Assembly: GCA_034933685.1 (NCBI GenBank) | Contig: JAYFNB010000017.1 | Coordinates: 371,683-403,682, forward strand | Reading direction: 5' to 3' | DNA: 32,000 nt | Origin: Lachnospiraceae bacterium | GTDB lineage: Bacteria > Bacillota > Clostridia > Lachnospirales > Anaerotignaceae | In this document: positions 24,220-32,000 of the stretch, piece after piece | How the letters are laid out: each line of letters starts with the position of its first letter | Numbering within the stretch: position 1 is the stretch's first letter | Made by a program: the position numbers and the translations under genes | The notes under the pieces: model-generated | The model's database searches: none | The model's input: the letters and a program-made list of their open reading frames with translations, nothing else | Told to the model about the DNA's origin: nothing

Positions 24220-24972
24220 ATGGAAATAGTTACCGTTACAAAGGACAACTTGGAGCAAGAGCATATTTGCTGCGCGATTTCAAATAACAAAGACTGCCAG
24301 GTGGTTGCAAAAAAAAGATGGCTTGCAGAAAGATTTGATGATGGGCTTGTGTTTAAGAAAGGCAATGTACGTGGCAAATGCTTTATTGAATATATTCCTG
24401 CTGAAAAAGCATGGGCACCAATTAAAGCAGATGGATATATGTATATAGACTGCTTTTGGGTATCAGGGCAATTTAAGGGATATGGAAATTCTAATATCTT
24501 GTTAGAAGAATGCATTAGAGATAGCAAAAAAAAAGGCAGGCAAGGGCTTGTGGTTCTGTCATCAAAAAAGAAAAGTCCATATCTTTCAGATGGCAAGTAT
24601 TTAAGATATAAAGGATTTCAATTAGTGGATACAGCAGAACCGTTTTATGAGTTATTGTACTTACCTTTTGACAAGATGGCGGACAAGCCATGTTTTAATG
24701 CACGAGTAAAGGCGCCAAAAATTGATGAAGACGGGTTTGTGCTTTTTTATACGCACCAATGCCCTTTTACTGCCAAATATGTACCATTAATTGAAGCTGC
24801 TGCAAAAGAAAAGGGTGTGCCTTTTAAGGCAGTAAGATTTGAAACAACTGAGCAAGCACAAAGTGCTAACGCTCCATTTACTTCATATAGCCTGTTTTTT
24901 AATGGAAAGTTTGTAACAAATGAAATCCTTTCTGAAAATAAGTTTGAAAAACTAATTGCTAATAATAGTTAA
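24220..24972 (+). CDS. GNAT-type N-acetyltransferase with YoaP-like C-terminal domain
   Basis: The N-terminal half has an acetyltransferase core (CFWVSGQFKGYGNSNILLEECI). The C-terminal half (FVLFYTHQCPFTAKYVP...YSLFFNGKFVTNEIL) resembles the YoaP-like domain. Confidence 0.75.
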   Translation: MEIVTVTKDNLEQEHICCAISNNKDCQVVAKKRWLAERFDDGLVFKKGNVRGKCFIEYIPAEKAWAPIKADGYMYIDCFWVSGQFKGYGNSNILLEECIRDSKKKGRQGLVVLSSKKKSPYLSDGKYLRYKGFQLVDTAEPFYELLYLPFDKMADKPCFNARVKAPKIDEDGFVLFYTHQCPFTAKYVPLIEAAAKEKGVPFKAVRFETTEQAQSANAPFTSYSLFFNGKFVTNEILSENKFEKLIANNS

Positions 24973-25029
24973 AAAATGATAAGAGCTTTCAGAACTGCCA
25001 AGGATATAAAAAAAGTAAAGTATGTATAA

Positions 25030-25070
25030 AAAGTGGGAAACCTTATGGTTAGTAAGGTTTCCCACTTTTA
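25030..25070. terminator. bidirectional rho-independent terminator (GNAT gene / opuA operon)
   Basis: 14-bp perfect stem agtgggaaacctta (25032-25045) / taaggtttcccact (25053-25066), flanked by A4 and T4. Confidence 0.9.
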
Positions 25071-25211
25071 AAAGAAAATGGCTGTTTAATTAAGTTAAAT
25101 ACCGCTTCATTTAATTTATAAGTAATGAAGGATTTGGAATTTACTCTTGTAGTTTTGCAAGGGAGTGACAACAAAATATTTCTAATAAATCTATTAAATC
25201 TATTTTAACGA

Positions 25212-26087
25212 TTACTTACCAAGCCAAGAGTTTATTTGTTCTTCATGACTGTTAACCCAATCTTTTGCAACATCGAGAGGATCTTTATCACTTTCTTCAA
25301 TTGCACCCATTAAATCAGACAATACTTCATCTGTAAATTTAAAATTCTTGAATAACTCAGCTACTTCTGGTAAATCTTCCTCAAATCCTTTCCTGCTGTA
25401 TATATGAATATTTTCTGCATTTCCATATACATTTTTTGGGTCCTCCAATACTTTTAAATCCCAGCGTGAAAACATCCAATGCGGTGTCCACCCGGTAACA
25501 ACAATTGCCTCATTCTTATCAATTGCCTTTTTTAAAGACGCTGTCATTGCTGGACCGCTTCCGCTAACCAATTGAAAGTCTAAATTATATTCATCAATTG
25601 CCTTCTCAGTGGCACTCATAATTCCAGCACCTGAATCGATTCCTATAATTTTACCATCAAATAAGTCTTTGCTATTTTCTAACTCCTCAATACTGTTAAT
25701 ATCTAAATAAGATGGCACAACAAGGCCAATTAATGCATTTTCATAGCTAACACCTAAATCCACTATATCATTACCGTATTTTTCTAGGTAATCTGAGTGT
25801 GTAACAGGAAGCCATGTGTCCAAGAAGGCATCGGTCTTTCCACTTGCCAGTGAAGTAAAAATAGGCGCAACATCTGCTAATACCAATTCAACTTCGTAGC
25901 CCATTTTATCTTCTAGTATAGCTGCTGCAAGATTTGTCATTGCTATGCCTTCCGACCAGTTTACATATCCAATTGTCACTTTCTTAGTTTCTGCATTAAC
26001 TGCCTCATTTTTGCCTGCAGGTGAACAACCACTGACAATACTTGAAGTTAAAACTAATCCTAAAACTAATGATAAAAATTTCTTCAT
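25212..26087 (-). CDS. opuAC: glycine betaine ABC transporter substrate-binding lipoprotein
   Basis: Lipobox VSGC. OpuAC/ProX-type motifs (IGYVNWSEGIAMTNL, DTWLPVTHSDY, GIDSGAGIM, TGWTPHWMF). Confidence 0.9.
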   Translation of the reverse strand: MKKFLSLVLGLVLTSSIVSGCSPAGKNEAVNAETKKVTIGYVNWSEGIAMTNLAAAILEDKMGYEVELVLADVAPIFTSLASGKTDAFLDTWLPVTHSDYLEKYGNDIVDLGVSYENALIGLVVPSYLDINSIEELENSKDLFDGKIIGIDSGAGIMSATEKAIDEYNLDFQLVSGSGPAMTASLKKAIDKNEAIVVTGWTPHWMFSRWDLKVLEDPKNVYGNAENIHIYSRKGFEEDLPEVAELFKNFKFTDEVLSDLMGAIEESDKDPLDVAKDWVNSHEEQINSWLGK

Positions 26088-26122
26088 AAAATCCGCTCCT
26101 TTAATTATTATTTAATTCAAAA

Positions 26123-26965
26123 TTATTTGTTTCTTACACTTGAGCCCTTAGTCTTTCCAACACTTTGCGTAATTCTATCTAGTATCATGGCAAGAATAAC
26201 AACTGCCAAACCACCTTCAAAACCGTCTCCAATCTTCATTTGGGAAATACCTTTTAAAACTACATCGCCAAGTCCGCCTGAACCAATCATTGCAGATATT
26301 ACTACCATAGAAAGTGATAGCATAATAGTCTGGTTTAAGCCTGCTAAAATTGTAGGCATAGCCAATGGTATTTGTACCTTAAATAGCATTTGTTTTGGCG
26401 TTGCACCAAAGGACCTTGCTGCCTCTACAACATCAAATGGAACCTGTCTAATACCCAAACTTGTTAAACGTACTATTGGTGGCATTGCAAAAATAATTGT
26501 TGCAACAGCACCAGGCACTGGCCCTAAATCGAAAAAATATACTGCAGGAATTAAGTAAACAAATGCGGGCATAGTCTGCATAAAATCAAGCACAGGACGC
26601 ATAATTCTATTCAATCTATCACTTCTGGACATCCAAATTCCAAGTGGTAAACCGATAATAAGTGCGATTAGGGTTGCCGTTGTAACCAGGGCAAATGTCT
26701 TCATAGTCATATTCCATAATTCAATGCTTTTAATTAATAAACATCCAAATATCGCAAAAATGGCTGTTTTCCTTCCAGCTGTGAAGTAAGCAACAACTGA
26801 AATCAAAATTAGCATTACAACAAAAGGAATGCCAATGTAAATAAATTCAAATCCATTAATAATAGATTCGATTGCATATTTTATTCCTTCAAAAAAGACA
26901 GCAAAATTATCAGTTAACCAATCCACGCCTTTTTCTACATAAAATCCTATAGGTAGTCTAATCAT
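26123..26965 (-). CDS. opuAB: glycine betaine/proline ABC transporter permease
   Basis: ProW/OpuAB-type sequence ([46 protein letters not shown]). 8-nt overlap with opuAA. Confidence 0.9.
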   Translation of the reverse strand: MIRLPIGFYVEKGVDWLTDNFAVFFEGIKYAIESIINGFEFIYIGIPFVVMLILISVVAYFTAGRKTAIFAIFGCLLIKSIELWNMTMKTFALVTTATLIALIIGLPLGIWMSRSDRLNRIMRPVLDFMQTMPAFVYLIPAVYFFDLGPVPGAVATIIFAMPPIVRLTSLGIRQVPFDVVEAARSFGATPKQMLFKVQIPLAMPTILAGLNQTIMLSLSMVVISAMIGSGGLGDVVLKGISQMKIGDGFEGGLAVVILAMILDRITQSVGKTKGSSVRNK

Positions 26966-28151
26966 CTTCTTCCACCTCTCCCATTATTCCTGCGAGCACT
27001 GAAACTTTGAATATGATACCTAAAATTTTATGTTCCTCATCCACTACTACAACAGGATATCTAGAATTCATGAATAATGGTATGATATCTTGTATTAAAA
27101 TGTCTGGGGAAACTACGCTTATATCACTATCAATTATCTCACTTAAATCATCCTTGTTTGAATTAATTAAATTCATTGTGTCTTCTATAGTAACAATTCC
27201 CTTTAGCTTTCGTTGCTTATCAACAACGAATACGCTGGATAAATTTGCATCTTTCATTCTTCTTACTGCAATCCTGGCACCATCTTTGGAATACACAATA
27301 GTATCAACTTTTTTCATAATTGAACCTGCTGTTACTACTTTCACGCGGTTTACGCCCTGAACAAATTCTTTTACATAATCATTTGCTGGGTGCCTCAATA
27401 TTTCCTCAGGATTGCCAATTTGCACAATTTCTCCATCTTTCATAATAGCTATGCGATCACCAATTTTTAAAGCTTCATCCAAGTCGTGTGTTATAAAAAT
27501 AATTGTTTTTTGCATCTTGGATTGCAACGTAAGCAATTCATCTTGCATTTCTTTTCTAATCAATGGATCCAATGCACTAAATGCTTCGTCCATAAGTAAA
27601 ATGTCAGGGCTGGTTGCCAAAGCTCTTGCCAGACCAACGCGCTGTTGCATACCTCCGCTTAATTCCGAAGGCATTGATTTTTCATAACCTTTTAGGCCAA
27701 CTAGTTCTAGGGATTCCAGTGCTTTTTCATTACGCTCATTAATTCCTATCCCTTGTATTTCAAGGCCAAATGCTACATTTTCCGCTACACTACGGTGTGG
27801 CAGTAGGGCAAAATTTTGAAATACCATTCCTATTTTTTTTCGCCTAATTTCTCTTAATTGTACTTTATCACATTTAGTTATATCTTGGTTATCAATGTAT
27901 ACCACACCACTTGTTGGTTCGATTAGACGATTAAGACATCTTATTAGAGTAGATTTACCGCTGCCAGATAATCCCATAACCACAAATATTTCTCCTTCTT
28001 CAACAGTAAAACTGGCATTATTAACTCCGATTCCGTGGTCTGTTTCTTTTAGTATTTGTTTTTTGGGTTTCCCATTTTTTAGCATATCCAACACTTTATG
28101 TGGTGATGGACCAAAAATTTTATACAGATTTTTTACTTCAAGTTTAGTCAT
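26958..28151 (-). CDS. opuAA: glycine betaine/proline ABC transporter ATP-binding protein with tandem CBS domains
   Basis: Walker [10 protein letters not shown], signature [15 protein letters not shown], Walker [13 protein letters not shown], and a C-terminal CBS pair. RBS aaggagg. Confidence 0.92.
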   Translation of the reverse strand: MTKLEVKNLYKIFGPSPHKVLDMLKNGKPKKQILKETDHGIGVNNASFTVEEGEIFVVMGLSGSGKSTLIRCLNRLIEPTSGVVYIDNQDITKCDKVQLREIRRKKIGMVFQNFALLPHRSVAENVAFGLEIQGIGINERNEKALESLELVGLKGYEKSMPSELSGGMQQRVGLARALATSPDILLMDEAFSALDPLIRKEMQDELLTLQSKMQKTIIFITHDLDEALKIGDRIAIMKDGEIVQIGNPEEILRHPANDYVKEFVQGVNRVKVVTAGSIMKKVDTIVYSKDGARIAVRRMKDANLSSVFVVDKQRKLKGIVTIEDTMNLINSNKDDLSEIIDSDISVVSPDILIQDIIPLFMNSRYPVVVVDEEHKILGIIFKVSVLAGIMGEVEEDD

Positions 28152-28251
28152 ATAAGTTATAGCCTCCTTTCGTTCTATTCAATGCAAATATCCACAGGTA
28201 ATAAAAAAGACAAACAAGCAACTTTATAAAAAAACAAAGTTGTCACTTCGA

Positions 28252-28280
28252 AATATAACATATATAAGCAAACATGTCAA
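28252..28280 (-). promoter_or_regulatory. sigma-A type promoter for the opuA operon
   Basis: Minus strand reads TTGACA (28275-28280), 17-nt spacer, TATATT (28252-28257), leaving a leader of about 95 nt. Confidence 0.55.
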
Positions 28281-28375
28281 CAAACATTGCATTACAAACA
28301 AAGTCTTAATTTTGTTTTTTATGATAAATTATCTATATATAATCTGTTTATAATTGAAAAGAACAGTTTTTCTGT

Positions 28376-28407
28376 AAATAAAAAAAACACTCTAGTATTA
28401 GAGTGTT
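28376..28407 (-). terminator. rho-independent terminator (upstream Ldh2 transcription unit)
   Basis: Stem aacactcta (28386-28394) / tagagtgtt (28399-28407), loop gtat. On the minus strand it is followed by a T8-10 run. Confidence 0.85.
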
Positions 28408-28644
28408 AGTGTGCGGAAAAAATATCTTAATATGCGTTTTTTTCTGCTAATATTTATTCGTTTCATAAGGCTTAGCAATAAATTTTCCTAAAATTTTTGT
28501 ATAGTATAATTTGGTGAAGTGTGTTTAAAAGGGTGCGAAAAGCTTTGAGATTAAAAACTTTAGCACTCTTTTAATATGTTTTTCTATGCTAAGACAAACT
28601 GTTTATTATTAGAATAACAAAACTGAATATTTATTTCTGAACAG

Positions 28645-29739
28645 TTAGAAACCTGTTTTACCTAAAAAACTTTCCATATCAATTTTGAACTCGTTACAGA
28701 TTTCTTTCATTTCTTTAAGGGTGTTCTCGTTTACAGGAATACCATCGCTAAGGCGAAGTGCATAGGCTTCAACTTCCTTTTCACCATGAGTGTAAATTCT
28801 TGTTTGCCCCTCTGCCTTAGGGGACTGGCGAAGTTCTTCTAAATATGTGCTAAAATGTGCTTTAATAGCTGCTGGGTCACCGAAAAGATTAGGATTTATG
28901 GCAATAAAGCTGTGGCAAGTTCCGCTTGTTGAGCCAATATGCGTGTGGTTTGAGGTTAGACCCTGTGAAAGAATAGATGAGAAAATTTCTGCAATCATAC
29001 CGAAGCCATAGCCTTTATGACCGCCGAATTTTTCAGTTGAGCCACCAAGAGGCAGAATGCCTCCGCCATTTTTTTCATTAATATTGTGAAGAATATCAGC
29101 AGTATCTGTGCTGGGTTGACCAGCTGAGTTAAGTGTCCATCCCTGAGGCAGGTCCTCTCCTTTTTTGTTATAAACTTCAACTTTGCCACGAGTTACAACG
29201 GTTGTGGATGCGTCAAAGAAAAAATCATAAGGCTGGGCAGGCATAGCAATTGCAATTGGGTTAGAACCAAGCATAGCCATTCTACCATATGTAGGCACCA
29301 TAATGGCTTCGCTATTGGTAGTTGAAATGCCAATTAAGCCTTCATCACATGCTAATTTTGCATAGTATCCAGCAATTCCATAGTGGTTGGAATTACGCAC
29401 GGAAATGAGGCCAACACCATTTTTCTTAGCCATTTCTATTGCTTTTTTCATTGCAAAGTGCCCAACCAATTGCCCTACACCAAAATGGTTGTCAATAACG
29501 GCACTTATCGGTGTTTCATGAACGATTTCCCATTTGCTGTCCATATGAATTCTTCCATTTTTGATGGTTTTGTAATAAAGAACCATTCGTTGGACACCGT
29601 GGGATTCAATGCCGAACATATCACTCATAAGCAAAACGTCGGTAATAATTTTACTTTCATCATCTGTAAAGCCGAATTTAGTAAATACATGGTTGCTGAA
29701 TTTTTTCATGGTTTCGTACTGAATATTAACGTATGCCAT
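28645..29739 (-). CDS. Ldh2-family (malate/L-lactate/sulfolactate-type) NAD(P)H-dependent oxidoreductase
   Basis: Start MAYVNIQYE... with RBS ggaggaag (the upstream extension in the track lacks an RBS). Motifs GIESHGVQR, SNHYGIAGYY, GGHKGYGFGM. Confidence 0.88.
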   Translation of the reverse strand: MAYVNIQYETMKKFSNHVFTKFGFTDDESKIITDVLLMSDMFGIESHGVQRMVLYYKTIKNGRIHMDSKWEIVHETPISAVIDNHFGVGQLVGHFAMKKAIEMAKKNGVGLISVRNSNHYGIAGYYAKLACDEGLIGISTTNSEAIMVPTYGRMAMLGSNPIAIAMPAQPYDFFFDASTTVVTRGKVEVYNKKGEDLPQGWTLNSAGQPSTDTADILHNINEKNGGGILPLGGSTEKFGGHKGYGFGMIAEIFSSILSQGLTSNHTHIGSTSGTCHSFIAINPNLFGDPAAIKAHFSTYLEELRQSPKAEGQTRIYTHGEKEVEAYALRLSDGIPVNENTLKEMKEICNEFKIDMESFLGKTGF

Positions 29740-29902
29740 TTTCTTCCTCCTAAATATATGGGTTTTATTTATATACAATTCAATCAAAGGTTGACTACCT
29801 TTCACGATTATACTACAATATTTTAGTATTGTAAGCATAAAAATTCAATTTATGCAAAAAACTGCGCAACTCAATTCAGTGGGAAAAAGGAGTTTTAGGA
29901 AA

Positions 29903-31189
29903 ATGGACAGGGAATCCAGAAAGCATTATCAGTGGGTGTATTTTACGGCACTATGCATTGCCATTGCGGGAGTTGTTATGGGAGATTACCGCACTATACC
30001 AGAAGGAATGAAAGCAATTTTTTACAGTAAAGCTATACTTATTACCGATTATATAGCACTTGCTGGTGTTGCGGCTGCATTTTTGAATGTTGCATTGGTA
30101 ACATTTTTTTCAGCATTTTTGATGAAGCTGAATCATTTGCCAATGCATGGAAGAAGTCTTTTTACATTGGGGCTTATGGCTGGATTTGCATTTTTTGGTA
30201 AAAATGTTTATACAATGTGGTTTATTCTTTTGGGAAGCTTTTTACTTAGCGTTGTATGCAAAGAAAAATTTGGAAAAAATCTTATAAGCGGACTTCTGGC
30301 AACGTCCTTAGGCCCTATTGTGGGTGTTGCGTATCTGCACAACGGAATCACACCAATCTCTGTATTTTATGCACTTATTGCAGGTATTGTAATCGGTTTT
30401 GTAATACCATTGCTTGCGGCACACACAAACGGAATTTTGCGCGGCTTAAACCTTTATAACGCAGGTTTTGCGGTTGGATTACTTTCACTGGTAATGGTGC
30501 CTGTTATGATTGGTTTTAATTTTTCGTTTGAAAACGAGGGCTGTTGGTCAACGGGAAACAATACAAAGTTTGCAATTTTCTTATACATTACAGCACTGGT
30601 ATTCATTTTAGCGGGGTACATAGCAGACAAGGAAAATGCTTTCAAAAATTATAAAACACTGCTTAAACGACCAGGTGTTGGAAAGGATGACCTTACTCAG
30701 CTTGACGGAATGGGTGCTGTACTTGTGAACATGGGTGTAAACACAATTATTTGCACTACTTATGTTCTTCTAGTTCAGGGTGATTTAAATGGACCTACCC
30801 TTGGCGGAATTTTCACAATTATTGGGTTTAGCGGAAACGGAAAGCATGCTAAAAATATTATACCTATTATTCTTGGAATTTTTATTGGTGCTGTAATTAG
30901 CCCTGGCTATTCGCCTGCAACCCCAGGAGTTCAAATGGCGGTATTTTTGGGAACAACACTTGCGCCAATGGCAGGCACATATGGATTTGCAGCAGGTATA
31001 ATAACAGGAATTATTCACTCCTCGGCTGTGCTTAAAACAGGAATGCCCGCAGCAGGTGCAAACCTTTATAACAACGGATTTTGCGGCGGAGTTGTATCAA
31101 TTGTTTTGTATCCTGTATTCAGTAGATTTTTTAAGGAAAACACCTTTAGTGAACCGTCTGAAAGCAGAAGTAAACTACATAATCAGTAG
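29903..31189 (+). CDS. polytopic membrane protein, probably DUF1576 family
   Basis: About 10-12 TM helices with an internal two-fold repeat (GLNLYNAGFAVG / GANLYNNGFCGG). The ATG at 29903 follows aaaggag; 29852 in the track has no RBS. The family call is from memory. Confidence 0.7.
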   Translation: MDRESRKHYQWVYFTALCIAIAGVVMGDYRTIPEGMKAIFYSKAILITDYIALAGVAAAFLNVALVTFFSAFLMKLNHLPMHGRSLFTLGLMAGFAFFGKNVYTMWFILLGSFLLSVVCKEKFGKNLISGLLATSLGPIVGVAYLHNGITPISVFYALIAGIVIGFVIPLLAAHTNGILRGLNLYNAGFAVGLLSLVMVPVMIGFNFSFENEGCWSTGNNTKFAIFLYITALVFILAGYIADKENAFKNYKTLLKRPGVGKDDLTQLDGMGAVLVNMGVNTIICTTYVLLVQGDLNGPTLGGIFTIIGFSGNGKHAKNIIPIILGIFIGAVISPGYSPATPGVQMAVFLGTTLAPMAGTYGFAAGIITGIIHSSAVLKTGMPAAGANLYNNGFCGGVVSIVLYPVFSRFFKENTFSEPSESRSKLHNQ

Positions 31190-31270
31190 GTCGATGAAGA
31201 GCTTTCTATTGCATAGAACTAGTGTGTAACATAAATTCTCTTAATGATAGCTATGAAATTCATAGCATAA

Positions 31271-31285
31271 AATTTGTAGAAAATT
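31271..31285. promoter_or_regulatory. CodY-box-like 15-mer
   Basis: AATTTGTAGAAAATT matches the CodY consensus AATTTTCWGAAAATT at 13/15 positions, 16 bp upstream of the -35 of the leuA promoter. Confidence 0.4.
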
Positions 31286-31300
31286 TATTTTAATTTTATG

Positions 31301-31329
31301 TTGACAACAAAGCACAAGTGTGGTAGATT
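31301..31329 (+). promoter_or_regulatory. sigma-A promoter of the leuA leader
   Basis: TTGACA (31301-31306), 17-nt spacer, TGgTAGATT (-10 at 31324-31329). Confidence 0.6.
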
Positions 31330-31335
31330 AGTTTT

Positions 31336-31658
31336 CAACATCAATTGAATAGCTTTAACAACACTGTGAAGAGGAATAGTAAATTTCTTAAGATTTTCAG
31401 AGAGCTGCCGTGTGGTGCGAGGCAGTAATACAAGAGAAATTGAACTCGCCTTGGAGTGATTCGCTGAAAAAACAACCAATTACGGAATGTTAATAGGTGG
31501 AATCGGAGGTCAACCGTTATAATGACAGGATATACAGCAGAATTGATTAGGTTTACTGCCTGTATCCGTATTAAGTGTGTTCCTTTGGGAACAAATGAGA
31601 GTGGTACCACGGAGGTTATGCCCTTCGTCTCTATTATAGGAGACGAAGGGCTTTTTTT
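31336..31658 (+). promoter_or_regulatory. T-box leader (tRNA-Leu responsive, putative CUC specifier)
   Basis: GA/K-turn-like GTGAAGAGGAATAGTA (31366-31381), AGAGAG box (31399-31404), distal loop GGTGCGA, specifier context GAA-CTC-G (CTC at 31445-31447), T-box core AAATGAGAGTGGTACCACGG (31594-31612), then the terminator. Confidence 0.85.
31620..31658 (+). terminator. T-box attenuator terminator
   Basis: 12-bp perfect stem gcccttcgtctc (31620-31631) / gagacgaagggc (31640-31651), then T7. Confidence 0.9.
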
Positions 31659-31711
31659 ATTTGAATTTCAAAGAAATATGAAAATAAGTAAAAGCGAAGG
31701 AGCAAAAAATT

Positions 31712-32000
31712 ATGATGAATTACACAAAGTACCGTCAATACCCAACAATGAATATGCCCAATAGAAAATGGCCAAGTGCTATTATCACAAAAGCACCCAT
31801 CTGGTGCAGCGTAGACCTTAGAGATGGGAACCAGAGCCTTGAAATACCAATGAGTCTTGAAGAAAAAATGGAGTTTTTTAACTTTCTGGTGAAAATAGGG
31901 TTTAAAGAAATAGAAATTGGTTTTCCAGCGGCAAGCGATACAGAGTTTGAGTTTGCCAGAAAGCTTATTGACGAAAAATTAATACCAGATGATGTTGTAG
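31712..32000 (+). CDS. leuA: 2-isopropylmalate synthase (long LeuA type), 3' end outside window
   Basis: My own translation: [96 protein letters not shown]. It carries the DLRDGNQ and EIGFPAAS motifs. RBS gaaggag. Absent from the ORF track because no stop lies in the window. Confidence 0.9.
   Translation, partial: MMNYTKYRQYPTMNMPNRKWPSAIITKAPIWCSVDLRDGNQSLEIPMSLEEKMEFFNFLVKIGFKEIEIGFPAASDTEFEFARKLIDEKLIPDDVV

Noticed and set aside
28432-28491. Small ORFs in the opuA/Ldh2 gap: a 19-aa hydrophobic-basic peptide MRFFLLIFIRFIRLSNKFS on the plus strand and a 22-aa basic peptide on the minus strand (about 28400-28466), considered as possible type I toxins.
   Set aside because: Neither has a Shine-Dalgarno sequence. 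Both are very short for known type I toxins, and AT-rich DNA produces such ORFs by chance.
31522-31764. An 80-aa plus-strand ORF upstream of and overlapping leuA.
   Set aside because: It lies inside the T-box leader and terminator and has no RBS. The real leuA frame starts at 31712 in another frame.
1-32000. Searched for CRISPR arrays, IS elements/transposases, integrases, prophage genes, toxin-antitoxin pairs, reverse transcriptases and known defence-system signatures.
   Set aside because: I could see no spaced direct-repeat array, terminal inverted repeats or relevant protein motifs. The only exact tandem repeat is the 3 x 11-bp unit at 7687-7719.

Overview
This looks like a low-GC Firmicutes (Clostridia-like) chromosomal segment: SLH protein, cotJ spore-coat genes, Rex, a T-box leader, frequent TGn extended -10 promoters. 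I can support about 28 protein-coding genes, 2 stand-alone tRNAs (Arg-CCU, Pro-CGG), one T-box leader and many rho-independent, often bidirectional, terminators. Content in order: 5'-truncated SLH surface protein with tandem repeats; radical-SAM enzyme plus polytopic membrane protein; SHOCT-like acidic protein; signal peptidase I; DUF1858 redox-disulfide protein; cyclase/formamidase-like protein; GyrI-like protein; panC; IlvD/Edd dehydratase behind an IclR regulator; DUF445; rex divergent from an ABC-F ATPase; DUF896; orphan small membrane protein; D-2-hydroxyacid dehydrogenase behind a hybrid histidine kinase with two solute-binding domains and two receivers; amino-acid ABC transporter; orphan membrane protein; cotJA-cotJB with a truncated cotJC stub; GNAT/YoaP-like acetyltransferase; opuA-type glycine-betaine transporter; Ldh2-family dehydrogenase divergent from a DUF1576-like membrane protein; promoter, T-box and 5' end of leuA. 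I see no transposase, integrase, phage genes, CRISPR array or recognisable defence genes. I cannot honestly point to a clear novel multi-gene system; the window reads as mostly core housekeeping. The most unusual items are the cotJC truncation next to an orphan membrane gene, the radical-SAM (Cx4Cx2C) plus membrane-protein pair, and the dual-VFT/dual-REC hybrid kinase lacking HPt or an output partner. All family assignments rest on motif recognition by eye, not on searches.
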